Shown here piece after piece: positions 52,108 through 63,389 of a stretch of DNA of 64,000 nucleotides. The DNA is from Candidatus Marinacidobacterales bacterium. Lineage in GTDB: Bacteria; Acidobacteriota; Vicinamibacteria; Marinacidobacterales; DATDRI01. Under the pieces are notes generated by a model. That model saw nothing but the letters and a program-made list of their open reading frames with translations. It did not search any database and was not told the DNA's origin. Made by a program: the position numbers and the translations under genes. Where the stretch lies: the NCBI GenBank assembly GCA_965222425.1, contig CBDCTW010000008.1, positions 178,248 through 242,247 of the forward strand, given 5' to 3'. Position 1 is the stretch's first letter, and every line of letters begins with the position of its first letter.

Positions 52108-52428
52108 TTAGACATTGGAGGCAAAATTCTCACCAGTTCTGATTTTTCGTCGGATCTCCCTCTTCGTTGCATTCACCGCGTAGTCTTTATCGCCACCTTC
52201 CACTGTTGCGACAACTCGGCCACGTGATCGGTCAGGAGGACACCGTTCGCATATGAAATCCGTTATTGCACGAAGATAATCTTCACTGTAAACCAGTTCC
52301 GCATCACAGCGTGGGCAGTAACACCAAAGACTGGAGATCTCGCGACCAATCCATGACCAACGCCATTTTGCTCCGTACAGCATATCTTCGGTATAGCTTC
52401 CATATGTTGGTTCATTCCGTGGCCAAAG
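52108..52428 (-). CDS. Small zinc-ribbon-like protein (CxxC...CxxC), possibly the 3' part of a gene split by IS3 copy 2.
   Basis: ...WCYCPRCDAELVYSEDYLRAITDFICERCPPD.... The frame stays open up to the IS boundary at 52428. Confidence 0.3.
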   Translation of the reverse strand, partial: LWPRNEPTYGSYTEDMLYGAKWRWSWIGREISSLWCYCPRCDAELVYSEDYLRAITDFICERCPPDRSRGRVVATVEGGDKDYAVNATKREIRRKIRTGENFASNV

Positions 52429-52478
52429 TGAACCGCCCCGGGTTTCCCGGAGACTCCAACTCTTGAGAGGATGGAGTC

Positions 52479-53713
<1,235 letters not shown>

Positions 53714-53743
53714 AACAGTCTCCGGAAAACCCGGGGCGGTTCA

Positions 53744-53993
53744 AAGACCCACAAAGAGTCTCACAAGACCAACAAGCGCAAACAATCCGATAATTAAGAA
53801 ATACCCAACCAGGTATCGGATAGTGGGAGATCAGTGCTGCCCATATCCAAGAGATACCCGCCCAAACCCAAGACATTGTTTTTACCAAGAAACCGCGGGA
53901 CAGCAGGATAGCAGATAGGATTAGTCCTCCCACTACCGTTACGATAATTCCGTTTCTCACGGGATGCGGATGCTCATTTGCCACCGGTTCCAT
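53744..53993 (-). pseudogene. 5' part of a small membrane-protein gene interrupted by IS3 copy 2.
   Basis: MEPVANEHPHPVRNGIIVTVVGGLILSAILLSRGFLVKTMSWVWAGISWIWAALISHYPIPGWVFLNYRIV.... The track ORF runs on into the IS terminus. Confidence 0.35.
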
Positions 53994-54380
53994 CCTTCAG
54001 CTTTAGCGGAGACCGCGCGGCCTTGCCCTTTGTCCTATTGAGTCCACAAGCGTGAAGAGTCCTCTTTCGACATTGACCGCTCTGACGCCACCGCAGCGAG
54101 AGGCAGGAGCTTCGTTGACCACCTTGAACCGCGCCCGGGTTTTCCGGAGACTGTCTTAGTTGGTTCCCGCCATCTCGAACGAGCTTTATCTGGAACCAAT
54201 AGTAGTTCATCTCGTACTCGACCGGGGGGGATGCTTCCGATTGGTTCCATTACGGGGCGCGCGGAACTTGATTAGTCTCCGGTCTGCTGACAAATGCCTG
54301 AGCTGCTGAACCAACAAGAACTCCGCCGTCGGTTGCCATGCCCGCTGGCTGGGTCTAGACTTCCGCTTTGGGTCGTGACG

Positions 54381-54488
54381 ATTGGAATGGGAGTGTTGTC
54401 ATTGAAGCGAATTGCTAAGTTCCAATTGGTGCTACGAGTTATAGGTGCTTATATTGGAGTGGGAGTGTTGTCAATGAAGCGAATCGCT
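54381..54488 (+). repeat. Two 36-bp direct repeats spaced 72 bp apart, covering the region just upstream of and into the start of the peroxiredoxin gene.
   Basis: ATTGGAATGGGAGTGTTGTCATTGAAGCGAATTGCT at 54381-54416 and ATTGGAGTGGGAGTGTTGTCAATGAAGCGAATCGCT at 54453-54488. The second copy contains the ATG (MKRIAGWAL...). Confidence 0.6.
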
Positions 54489-55001
54489 GGCTGGGCTCTT
54501 GGTGTGATGTTTATCGGAGGCTCCCTGGGTGCTGCCGAACTACAGGTTGGCGACGAGGCACCCGACTTCGAGCTCCAAGGCACCGACGGAAAGTCCTACC
54601 GGCTCTCCGAGCTAAGGGGCAAGGCTGTGGTCCTTGCGTGGTTTCCGAAAGCGTTTACCGGTGGTTGAACGGCCGAATGCAAGTCGCTCCGTGAGAGCGG
54701 CGACGAAATCCGTGCTTTTGCGGTCAACTACTTCGCCGCGAGCTGTGACACGGTCAAGACTAACAAGGAATTCGCCGAATCTCTCTCTCTCGACTATCCG
54801 ATCCTGAGCGATCCCGACAAAGGCGTCGCGAAGTCCTATGGGGTCGTAACGGCGAAGCGTGAATTGCCGCACCGCTGGACTTACTATGTCGACGCCGAAG
54901 GCAAGATCCTCTACATCGACAGAAGCGTCAACACGCACAGCGCGGGAGCGGATGTCGCGGCGCGATTGAAGAGGCTCGGGGTGCCGGCCTTGAGCAAGTA
55001 A
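54474..55001 (+). CDS. Peroxiredoxin (AhpC/TSA, Bcp/PrxQ-like) with an in-frame TGA at the catalytic cysteine codon. Candidate selenocysteine peroxiredoxin, or alternatively a nonsense mutant.
   Basis: [64 protein letters not shown]-[TGA at 54666-54668][86 protein letters not shown]...ALSK*. The frame is continuous on both sides of the TGA. It fits the Pxxx(T/S)xxC motif with the C position occupied by TGA. Confidence 0.6.
54683..54704 (+). promoter_or_regulatory. Hairpin 14 nt downstream of the in-frame TGA. Candidate bacterial SECIS-like element.
   Basis: GTCGCTC-CGTGA-GAGCG(G)CGAC. Stem of 5 plus 4 bp with a one-nucleotide bulge and a 5-nt apical loop. Position and size are compatible with bacterial SECIS elements, which lie about 11-40 nt after UGA. 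Confidence 0.3.
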
Positions 55002-55018
55002 GACCGGCGAGAGCCTCC

Positions 55019-55462
55019 TGTGCCTTCTATTTATTCATCCGCGCGCCCAGAACTTGATTGATCTCCGGTCTGTCGGCACCATGCCTGCATGGTTTCGTCG
55101 TTCGTTCGCGCTCTCATCTCTGCCTTCAAGGTTCGTCGCGAGCTAGCTCTTGAGAATGTCGCTTTTCGGCAGCAGCTCGCCGTCCTCCGTCGTTCGGTGA
55201 AACGGACGCGGCTCTCGAATGTCGACCGCGGGTTTTGGGTGCTGTTGCGCAGAATCTGGACTTACTGGGAGGGATGTGTCCCGAGGTTCGTGGAAAAAGA
55301 ACGACGCGCCCGTCCTGTGCCAAAACTCGGCCCTTTTGAAATAGCCCACAAATCAGCAGCTTAGACGCCCTTGGAATCCGGGCAAAATCCAGGGTATTTC
55401 GCGCCGCAGGGCTGACTTCCGACACCCATGAGCTGGCGGATGAATAAATAGAAGGCACAGGC
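55019..55462 (+). repeat. Nested IS debris. A 5' fragment of a family-E IS lies at 55019 to about 55267 and includes 62 N-terminal transposase codons. The left inverted repeat of IS256-family G lies at 55268-55310. A 145-bp chimeric MITE-like unit lies at 55318-55462, with an ISx-type end at one side and a family-E-type end at the other.
   Basis: CCTGTGCCTTCTATTTATTCATCCGC... at 55019. GGGATGTGTCCCGAGGTTCGTGGAAAAAGAACG is the reverse complement of the flank at 57520-57555. The MITE-like unit reads TGTGCCAAAACTCGGCCCTTTTGAAATAGCCCACAAATCAGCAGCTTAGACGCCC...GGATGAATAAATAGAAGGCACAGG. Confidence 0.55.
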
Positions 55463-55503
55463 ACGAGGATTACGGGGCACTCGCGCTGGACGCCAAGGTA
55501 GAG

Positions 55504-56681
55504 ATGATCCGTTCGTTGGTCCCCCTTGGTCTAATGCACGTTCACGAGTTGCTCGACGACGAAGTGAAGGCGTTGGCGGGAGAGCGATCCTCTCGCAAGG
55601 ACGAGCTGGAGCGCGGTCGCCGTCCCGGAAGCAACCCGGGCACGGTAGGGCTTGGCGGCCAGCGGGTACCGATCCGTGTGCCACGGGTTCGGAGCATCGA
55701 GGGAGGAGAGATTCCGCTTCGCTGCTACGAGGCGTTGAGCCACGGCGGTGAGGTGAATGATCTTCTGCTGAAACGAGTTCTGTACGGAATCTCTTGTTGC
55801 AACTACGAGGCGGCAGCGGAAGCGATTCCGGGCGCCATCGGGCTGTCGAGCTCAACGGTGTCCCGAGGGTTCGTGCAAGCGAGCGCTGCGAAGCTGCGGG
55901 AGATGCAGGAACGGGATCTGACCGGCGAGGATGTGGTGGCGCTGTTTCTGGATGGGAAGACATTCGCCGAGGCAACGATGGTCGTGGCTCTGGGCATCAC
56001 GCTTTGCGGGGAAAAACGCTTCTTGGGCTTCGTGGAGACGGACACGGAGAACGCGCAGGTGTTGACGCCGTTCCTGCGTTCACTGCTCGAGCGGGGACTC
56101 GATATCTCCCAGGGTCTGCTGGTGATCATCGACGGCGGCAAGGGTCTCCAGGCGGCAGTCAAGAAGGCATTCCGTAACGGGCCCTGATACAACGCTGCCA
56201 GTGGCACAAACGTGAAAACGTAGTGAGCTACCTGTCCAAGGGCGAGCAGGCGTCATGGCGCAAGCGGCTCCAGTGGGCCTACAACAGGCCGGAGTACGAA
56301 GAGGCCCTCACTGCGCTCGAGCAACTCCACGGTGAGTTAGAAGAGCGGAACCAATCCGCAGCTGGCAGCCTGGAGGAAGGCCTCGAGGAGACGCTGACGT
56401 TGCATCGACTCGGCGTGCACGCGGTGCTGGGCCGTTCGTTCAAGACGACGAACTGCCTTGAGTCCGTCAATGCTCTCGTCGAGGAACGCTGCGCGAAGGT
56501 CGACCACTGGAAGAACTCGAGCCAACGCCAGCGCTGGTTGGCAACGGCGCTCGTAGACATCGAACCGCGCTTGAGGAAGGTGGTGGGCTACCGCCATCTT
56601 CCCAAGCTTCGCGAAGCTCTCAAGCGGGAACTGAAGATCGAGGCGAAGACATCAACCGTATCGAAGAAGAAGGTCGCTTAA
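55504..56681 (+). pseudogene. IS256-family transposase, family H, with a frameshift between the second and third catalytic regions.
   Basis: Frame 1 ends ...VIIDGGKGLQAAVKKAFRNGP*. The conserved continuation LIQRCQWHKRENVVSYLSKGEQ... is in another frame (ORF 56223..56681). Confidence 0.65.
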
Positions 56682-56730
56682 ACGTGAGCCGTGGAGAGTT
56701 TCAACTAAGAATGGGCTTGACTCGAGCGCG

Positions 56731-57513
56731 GTGTCTCGCGTGGTTAGCTGGCTGAAGGAGCGCTTCGAGGAATGGCAGAACCGTGCTCTCAGCGAGGAGG
56801 TCTACGCGATCGTTTACCTGGACGGCTTCCACCTGAAAGTGCGGATGGCGAAACGTGTGATCAGCGTACCCGTACTGGTCGCGCTCGGGGTCGCGCCAGA
56901 CGGGCACAAACGTCTGTTGTCATTGCGTCTGGCGGTGAGCGAAGCCTCGACGCGTTGGGGCTCCGTGCTGGAGGGACTCCAGGCTCGAGGACTCCGGGCT
57001 CCCAAGCTAGTGATCAGCGACGGCCACAAGGGGCTGACGAAAGTGCTGGAGAAGTGGCCGGGGTGCCGGTTGCAGCGATGTACCGAGCACAAGCGCGCCG
57101 ACTTGCTCGAACATTGCCCGGCGCACGCACGCCGTGAGCTCCGGCGTGACTACAACCGGATCGTCTGCGCCAAGAACGGGATCGATGCTCGCAAAGCCTA
57201 TGACGAGCTCGTCGCCAAGTGGACGCCTCTCGCGCCGGCCGTCGTCCGAAGCCTAGAGGAGGCCGGTAATCAGCTGCTGACCTTCTACGAATTCCCTCGT
57301 GCCATGTGGAAATCGATTCGAACGACCCATGCTCTGGAGAATCTCAACCGCGAGTTTCGACGCCGGACGAAAACCCAAGCGTCGTTCTCCAGCGAGGAGT
57401 CCGCGGTCGCTTTGCTGTTTGGGCTTATCGCCTCTGGCCAGATTCAACTACGACGCATCGACGGCTACCAACGTCTGAGCGAGGTTCTCGAACACGCGAA
57501 GGTTGCCGCCTGA
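56731..57513 (+). pseudogene. IS256-family transposase, family G, with the N-terminus truncated or displaced. It starts about 25 aa before the first catalytic Asp. The right inverted repeat lies at about 57520-57555.
   Basis: ...VYLDGFHLKVRMA...LVISDGHKGLTKVLEKWPGCRLQRCTEHKRADLLEH.... The C-terminus is near-identical to the fragment at 50145-50476. Confidence 0.65.
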
Positions 57514-57577
57514 TATGATACTCTGATGACGGAGTGGAGGGCGCCGCTCTTTTTCCACGGACCTCGGGACACATCCA

Positions 57578-59107
57578 ATGTCGTCGACGAAGAGACTCGG
57601 GCCGTTGTTTGGTGTGATCGCCTTGAGTCTGGCGCTCAATCTGACGGCGGTCTGGTGGGGTTTGCCGTCCCGCTACGGCTGGGCTCCCGACGAGCTGCAC
57701 CCCTCCGTCGTCCTTGAGGGGATCGACGTACGGTTCTCCGGCGACTGGCACCAACCGGCGTACCCGCCGTTCCACTATTACCTCCTCGCCCTTTCCTACC
57801 TTCCAGTGCTCGCTCTCGACCTCGTCGAGCCTCAATCCATCTCCGGTCACACGATGCTCTTCTATCTCGGACGCACCATCTCCCTGGCGATGGGTGTTGG
57901 TATTCTCGTTCTCGTCCATCGAATCGGGCGGGTCGTTTTCGACGAGAAGACGGGACTGTTCTCCGCTCTCGGTGTCGCACTCACGGCACCGTTTATCTAT
58001 TACTCGAAGACCGCCAACCTCGATGTGCCCCTCTCTTTCTGGGTGGTCCTGTCTCTCTACTTCTTCCTTCGTCTGCTCGAAGCGGAGAGTCTACGGGCTC
58101 ATTTGCTCTTCACGCTCGCGGTGGTAGTTGCGATGCTGACGAAGGATCAGGCCTTCGCCTTTTACGTTTTGCCACTCGGTTTCTACGCACTGTGCCGATT
58201 GCGCCTTACGCGCTCGTTTCGTGCGACGTTCCTCGACCGTCGCGTCATCATGTCACTGGCAGTCGGAACTGCGACCTTCCTGACCCTGCACAACGTCGTC
58301 TTCAATTTCCAAGGCTTCGTCAACCACTTCGAGGAGATCTTGTGGGCGCGCGGCCACTACAGCACTTTCGAGCATACGCCATCGCAGCAAGTGGCCCTCC
58401 TCGGCCAGACGCTGCTTCACTTGAAGTTCTCCCTGGGATGGCCGCTCGCTGTCACCTGTGGACTCGGGGTCGTCCTTTCGCTGAAAGCCTGGAGGACGAA
58501 CTCACGACCACTTTGGATTCTGGCTTTCGCGAGCTCCTATTACCTCTTCTTCGTCGCTCCAGTCCTCAGTAGCTGGCTGCGCTACGCGCTACCGCTCGCA
58601 ATACTTCTCGCTCCTTTCACGGGTCACGCTCTGGCGGAGCTGGTTCGGGGTGGGGTTCTCGGAAAGGTAGTTGCCGGTGTCATGCTTTTCTACTCGCTCT
58701 GGTATGCGGCCTCCGTCGACCTGCTGCTACTCGGCGACTCGCGCTACGGCGTCGAACGGTGGCTAGCGCAAAACGTGCCCGAGGACGCCGTGGTGGGCTA
58801 TGTCGGACCTGAGTACTACCTTCCGAGATTGGACGCTTTCGAGGCGAAGCGCTTGCGGCCGACCGAATCCGTGCTCGAGCGGGAGTCGCCGGCGTTTCTA
58901 ATTGTCAACCGAGCCTATAGCGAGCGCTTCGCGCCAGGATCCCGCGAGGGCGAGCTGTTTTCCCGCCTGCGTGCTGGCAAGACGGGCTACGGGCTCGCGT
59001 TGCGTCATCAATCGCGGCCGCGCGGAGTCCTGCTCCATTTCGAAGGAGTCCTGGCCAACTTGGACAAGCTCGACCCCATCATCGAAGTCTATCAGAAGCT
59101 GGATTGA
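57578..59107 (+). CDS. Membrane glycosyltransferase of the GT39/PMT_2 (ArnT-like) family.
   Basis: Multi-pass membrane N-terminal domain with ...IYYSKTANLDVP...LTKDQAFAFYVLPLG.... ATG at 57578, about 20 bp after the IS256-G right end. Confidence 0.65.
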   Translation: MSSTKRLGPLFGVIALSLALNLTAVWWGLPSRYGWAPDELHPSVVLEGIDVRFSGDWHQPAYPPFHYYLLALSYLPVLALDLVEPQSISGHTMLFYLGRTISLAMGVGILVLVHRIGRVVFDEKTGLFSALGVALTAPFIYYSKTANLDVPLSFWVVLSLYFFLRLLEAESLRAHLLFTLAVVVAMLTKDQAFAFYVLPLGFYALCRLRLTRSFRATFLDRRVIMSLAVGTATFLTLHNVVFNFQGFVNHFEEILWARGHYSTFEHTPSQQVALLGQTLLHLKFSLGWPLAVTCGLGVVLSLKAWRTNSRPLWILAFASSYYLFFVAPVLSSWLRYALPLAILLAPFTGHALAELVRGGVLGKVVAGVMLFYSLWYAASVDLLLLGDSRYGVERWLAQNVPEDAVVGYVGPEYYLPRLDAFEAKRLRPTESVLERESPAFLIVNRAYSERFAPGSREGELFSRLRAGKTGYGLALRHQSRPRGVLLHFEGVLANLDKLDPIIEVYQKLD

Positions 59108-59221
59108 TGCTCCTGGAGTAGGGGCAGGTCTTTTCTCCGCCCTCCGATGCCCCGCGATCGCGTGAGGCCAAAATACTCATGTGGCTTCCCGATGGTAGAA
59201 ACGTAGCAGCCCGCCAAGCCC

Positions 59222-59360
59222 GTCCTGTGCCAAAACTCGGCCCTTTTGAAATAGACCATAGATCAGCAGCTTAGTGTCTGTGTTTGCGACCGGGCCAAGG
59301 GCCGTAGGCTTTACAATCGTCTGGCCCGAGGGTGTTATCTTCAGATCCATGATGACGTAC
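59222..59360 (+). repeat. Solo 5' fragment of ISx, about 140 bp, reaching to the transposase start codon region.
   Basis: GTCCTGTGCCAAAACTCGGCCCTTTTGAAATAGACCATAGATCAGCAGCTTAGTGTCTGTGTTTGCGACCGGGCCAAGGGCCGTAGGCTTTACAATCGTCTGGCCCGAGGGTGTTATCTTCAGATCCATGATGACGTACCA. Confidence 0.7.
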
Positions 59361-59416
59361 CACGTGAAGTCTCCTCGGGAAACTTCTAGACCCGGCGAGC
59401 TGGTTCGCACACCGCC

Positions 59417-60482
59417 ATGAGTAGCTTGATGAAAGCCGTCCGCTGTCACCGCTACGTCGGTCTCGACGACCAGGGGCGACCCCTGGCGACTCCGGCTTCG
59501 CTCCGAGAGGCCCTCTCGTTGGACGAGATTCCGCCACCGGCCTGCGAACCGGGGCAAGTGTTGGTTCAAACTCGGTATGCCGGTGTGCAGTATCCGGATG
59601 CCCTGCAGGCGCAGGGCCTTTACCAGCAGCGGCCACGGCTTCCGTATGTGCCAGGGATGGACGTGTCGGGCATGGTCCTGGAGCTAGGCGATGGTGTCGA
59701 CGGGTTGGCGGTGGGCGACGAGGTCTTCGCGCAAATGAGCGTGGGCGGTTTGGCCGAGGTCGCCGCTGCGCCGGCGTCGTCGGTCTGGCCGGCGCCGACC
59801 GGGGTCCCCCTGTCTGCGTGTGCGAATCTGGGGCGAAACTTCTTTCCAGCCTACTACTCCTTGAAGATTCTCGGTGAGGTCACGGCAGGAGATCTGGTGT
59901 TGGTCGATGGAGCGTCCGGGGGGGTGGGGATGGCGGCGGTGGAGCTGGCGAAGGCGATGGGTGCATCAGTGATCGCTGGCGTCAGCGTCCCGGACAAGAA
60001 GGAGTTTGCGACCGCCGCTGGCGCCGACCGAGTGCTCTGCTACGGTCGAGACGGGCGACAGTTACCGCACGTTCAAGACGGAGGTGAAGCAAGCGGCCAC
60101 CGAGCTCGGCCACTCGGAGGGCGTCGACGTCGTGATCGACATGGTGCAGGGAGAGCTCTTCGAGGCGGCGCTCATGTCGGTGATCCGACCGCTCGGACGG
60201 ATCTGTCTCGTCGGCTTCACTGCGGGACAGAAGCCGATCCGCCCTGGGTTGTTACTCATCAAGGAAGCGGCTGTCATCGGGAGTCTCTGGAGTGGATGGG
60301 CTGGTCGCCATCTGCGCGAGCATCAACAGAACGTGGCGGAGATCATCGACTTTCTGGCGACCGGCCGGGTCCAGCCGCGTGTCGACCAGGTGTTTCCGCT
60401 CGAGAGTTTTCTCGAGGCGTTCGAGCTGTTCGAAAACAACCGTGGGCGGGGGAACACGGTCGTCAGCTTCGCTGAATCCTGA
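59417..60482 (+). pseudogene. Zinc-type alcohol dehydrogenase or NADPH:quinone oxidoreductase (MDR family), frameshifted near 60040-60060.
   Basis: ORF 59417.. reads ...GASGGVGMAAVELAKAMGASVIAGV...GADRVLCYGRDG and then an out-of-frame Arg-rich tail. ORF 60006..60482 carries the in-frame C-terminus (...VDVVIDMVQGELFEAALMSVIRPLGRICLVGFTAGQ...NRGRGNTVVSF). Confidence 0.6.
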
Positions 60483-60930
60483 CGCCGCGCGACCCCAGTG
60501 GAGGTGGGATAGCTAGTCGCAGGGCGTCAGCACACGCGGGCGTCGACGCCGAAACGCCGGTAGTTGTGATACATGGCCGTGGCCATCAAGCGGTTGTCGC
60601 CGGTCGCTTAGGCCTCTCTCATCTCGACGGGGACCCACACCCCCCAGCCGCTTGTCGAGCGCATAGCTAATCGCGAAGTTGACATCGATCCTCCGGTTGT
60701 CCCGCTCCAGCTCGGCCCCGCGCCGACATGTGTCCAGTCTCCGCCACCGTATTCCCCTCTCATGGCAGTTCTAAACCGCGCAATCGACGCTGGATCGACT
60801 TCTTGCGGAGCACAGCCGCGCACGCGTCGTGTCCGAAAAAGCGAATGGGACACTTCTCCCTTCATCGTAGGGTGCTCCGAATAAATAGCGGAAAAAAATA
60901 GGTTATAACCTACATAAGACGGATCGGTTA

Positions 60931-61061
60931 GGTGCTTCCGCAGTCAAGTGTTGGCGGTCGCCGCGTAACCTGTTCGCGTGCTAGAGTTTAACCTGATTTC
61001 GAGAGGCGCAGTTCTTTCGTCGATGCCGGCTGGGCCGAGTTTTGGCACAGGACGGGGACCC
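60931..61061 (+). repeat. Diverged partial copy of the 170-bp MITE-like repeat at 60931 to about 60960. It is followed by a solo ISx terminus (GGGCCGAGTTTTGGCACAGGACGGGG) at about 61031-61061.
   Basis: GGTGCTTCCGCAGTCAAGTGTTGGCGGTCG... and CCGAGTTTTGGCACAGGACGGGG. Confidence 0.5.
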
Positions 61062-61099
61062 TCGATATTTGGCGGTTTCAGCTCGCCACCGCCGAGCGG

Positions 61100-63041
61100 A
61101 TGCCGGTGACGTCCGATCGCGGCATCGAGATTCGCCCGCTGCCGCTAGATGAGCAGTCACTGGTGTTCCTCTCTAAGGGTCGGGGGGGGACCGGACCGGC
61201 TCGTCTACTCCAATCGAGAGACAGGCTCGGAGCGCACGCTCCGAACACAGTCGATCATGTCCCAGACCCACCCGGGCCTGAGCCCCGACGGGAAGACACT
61301 TGCGGTGAACTGGCCGAGCCCTGACGGCTACGACCTCTACCTCGTCGACTGGAACGACGATGACGCCATTCGTCTCAACGCGCGCTCGGGTCTTCCGATC
61401 TCCCCGGCGTTCAGCCACGACGGTAAAACGGTGTACTTCGTGGAAGCGAACGATGAGCTCGAGTTTGAGCTATTCGCCGTTCCGGCCACGGGGGGGAAGG
61501 CGAAGCGAGTTCCGATTCGGTCGTGGGACTGGGGCGTGCCCACTGGGCGCGTCGTCATCCGAACGACGCGTGCGGAAAGCGCGTCCCCGTTGCCGGCGCG
61601 CCTTCATGTCACGGACGCCAACGGTCACCCCGCGCTTCCGGCCAGCTCGAGCATGCCTCACTTCGATGGTGTACACGGCAAGGTTTACTTCTACTCGCCC
61701 GGCGTCGTCAGCGTCGAAGTACCGGCGGGCGAGGTGCGTATCGAGGCAAGCCACGGTTTTTCGGCAAAGACCATCACACGGACGGTACAGGTCGAGCCGG
61801 GCTCGATGGCACCGGTGGATTTACCGTTCGAGTTTCTGTGGGAACCGCGCCAGGACGGCTGGTACTCCGCAGACCACCACTACCATATGAACTACGGGGG
61901 GCCATACCGCTTGGCGCCCGAGGACCTCCTGCTTCCTCTCCAAGCCGAGGACGTCGACGTCGGGACGCCGCTCATGGCGAATCTCCACCACCGCTTTAAT
62001 GATCTCGAACACTTCGAGTATCGCCGAATCGAAGTGCTCCCCTTCCTGACTTTCGGGCAGGAAGTGCGCTCTCACCTGCTCGGACATCTCGGGCTCATCG
62101 GCATCGTAGAGCCCCACTGGCCCTGGTACTGGGGCCCGGACTACCCGGTCTACGGACAGGACGATCGACCCAACCATGACGTGCTTCGTTTCGCTCGAAA
62201 ACAGGGAGGTGTCACCAGCTACATGCATCCCGTTTCGCGCTCCGAACCGTTCCATGACGAGGAGGCGATGAGAGCGATTCCCATCAACTTGATTCCGGAC
62301 GCGGTTCTAGGCGATCTCGATACCCTTGAGCTGGCATGTCTCTGGATCAGCGAGCTGGGAACCCACGACGTCTGGTACCGCTTCCTCAACGTGGGTGCTC
62401 CTGTCGCTGCTTCCGCAGGCACGGACATCATGGCGGACTACTACCGAACCATGGCCGTAGGCGCGACGCGAGTGTACGTACGGGTCGATGAGCCGATGAC
62501 GTTCGAGCGCTACCTACACGCGCTCAAGCAGGGACGAAGCTTCGTCAGCACCGGTCCGCTCGTGGACTTTCGCGTCGGCGAAAGTGCGCCTGGCGACGTG
62601 ATCGACGGTGACGGCGGCTTGGGGGCCTGGAGCTTGCGACTTTCGACGCCCATGCCCGTCGAGAAAGTCGAACTCATCGTGAACGGCAAGGTGGTTCACG
62701 CCGAAGCCGGGCCCGAAACACCTAGTGAAAAGCGCTACTCTGGAACCGTGCCGATACCTTCCGGTGGCTGGATCGCGATCCGTGTTCATGGAGGCGCGGA
62801 GCAATGGCCGGGGATGAACGGCTACCCGTTCGCCCACAGCTCTCCGATCTGGATCGGTGAGCGGGGAAGCACCGACCCCTCCGCGGCGCGTCGGTCGGCC
62901 GCGGAGCTTCTCGCGGCGCTCGATGTCGCGGAGCGCCGGCTCGATGAGGGGTATGGTTCGACGCCGATCCCGCGACTGAAAGCGCGTTTTCGCGACGCTC
63001 GCAAGTTTCTAGAAGGCTTGGCCGAAGGTGCGGCGCGGTAA
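61100..63041 (+). pseudogene. TolB-like beta-propeller fused to a CehA/McbA-family (PHP-like) metallohydrolase domain. The N-terminus is truncated by an IS end and there is a frameshift in a G8 run at 61182-61189.
   Basis: Frame a reads ...PLDEQSLVFLSKGRGG. Frame b reads (G)PDRLVYSNRETGSERTL...SPDGKTLAVNW.... The C-terminal domain reads ...WYSADHHYHMNYGGPYR.... Confidence 0.55.
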
Positions 63042-63089
63042 TTTTTAGGACACGACGCGGAAGACAAGCCGTAGCCATGGTAGCTTGGC

Positions 63090-63335
63090 GTGGATCTGAT
63101 CATGGGTTTAGACTGCCAGCGATCGGCTCAAGTGGGCAAGCCCATGGCGATGTTTCTAGCGGGAGTGGCGGCAGGTGTTGTACTCGGCGCAGCGCTGAGG
63201 TGGCGCGGACTGGTGGTGCTGGCAGTGGTCGGAATCGCTCTCCTTCTGGCGACCATGTCTGGGATCGACCTGGCTGTGCTGTGGGCCCAACTCGGCAAGT
63301 ATGGGGCCACACTCACGGACTCTTTGACGCCGTAG
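63090..63335 (+). CDS. Small hydrophobic protein (81 aa) of unknown function.
   Basis: Two predicted transmembrane helices, ...MFLAGVAAGVVLGAALRWRGLVVLAVVGIALLLATMSGIDLAVLWAQL.... No other support. Confidence 0.2.
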   Translation: MDLIMGLDCQRSAQVGKPMAMFLAGVAAGVVLGAALRWRGLVVLAVVGIALLLATMSGIDLAVLWAQLGKYGATLTDSLTP

Positions 63336-63389
63336 GTGAACGAGCCCGCGATGAGCGGCCGTTGCATGTCGGACGGGAGGATTCTAGCT

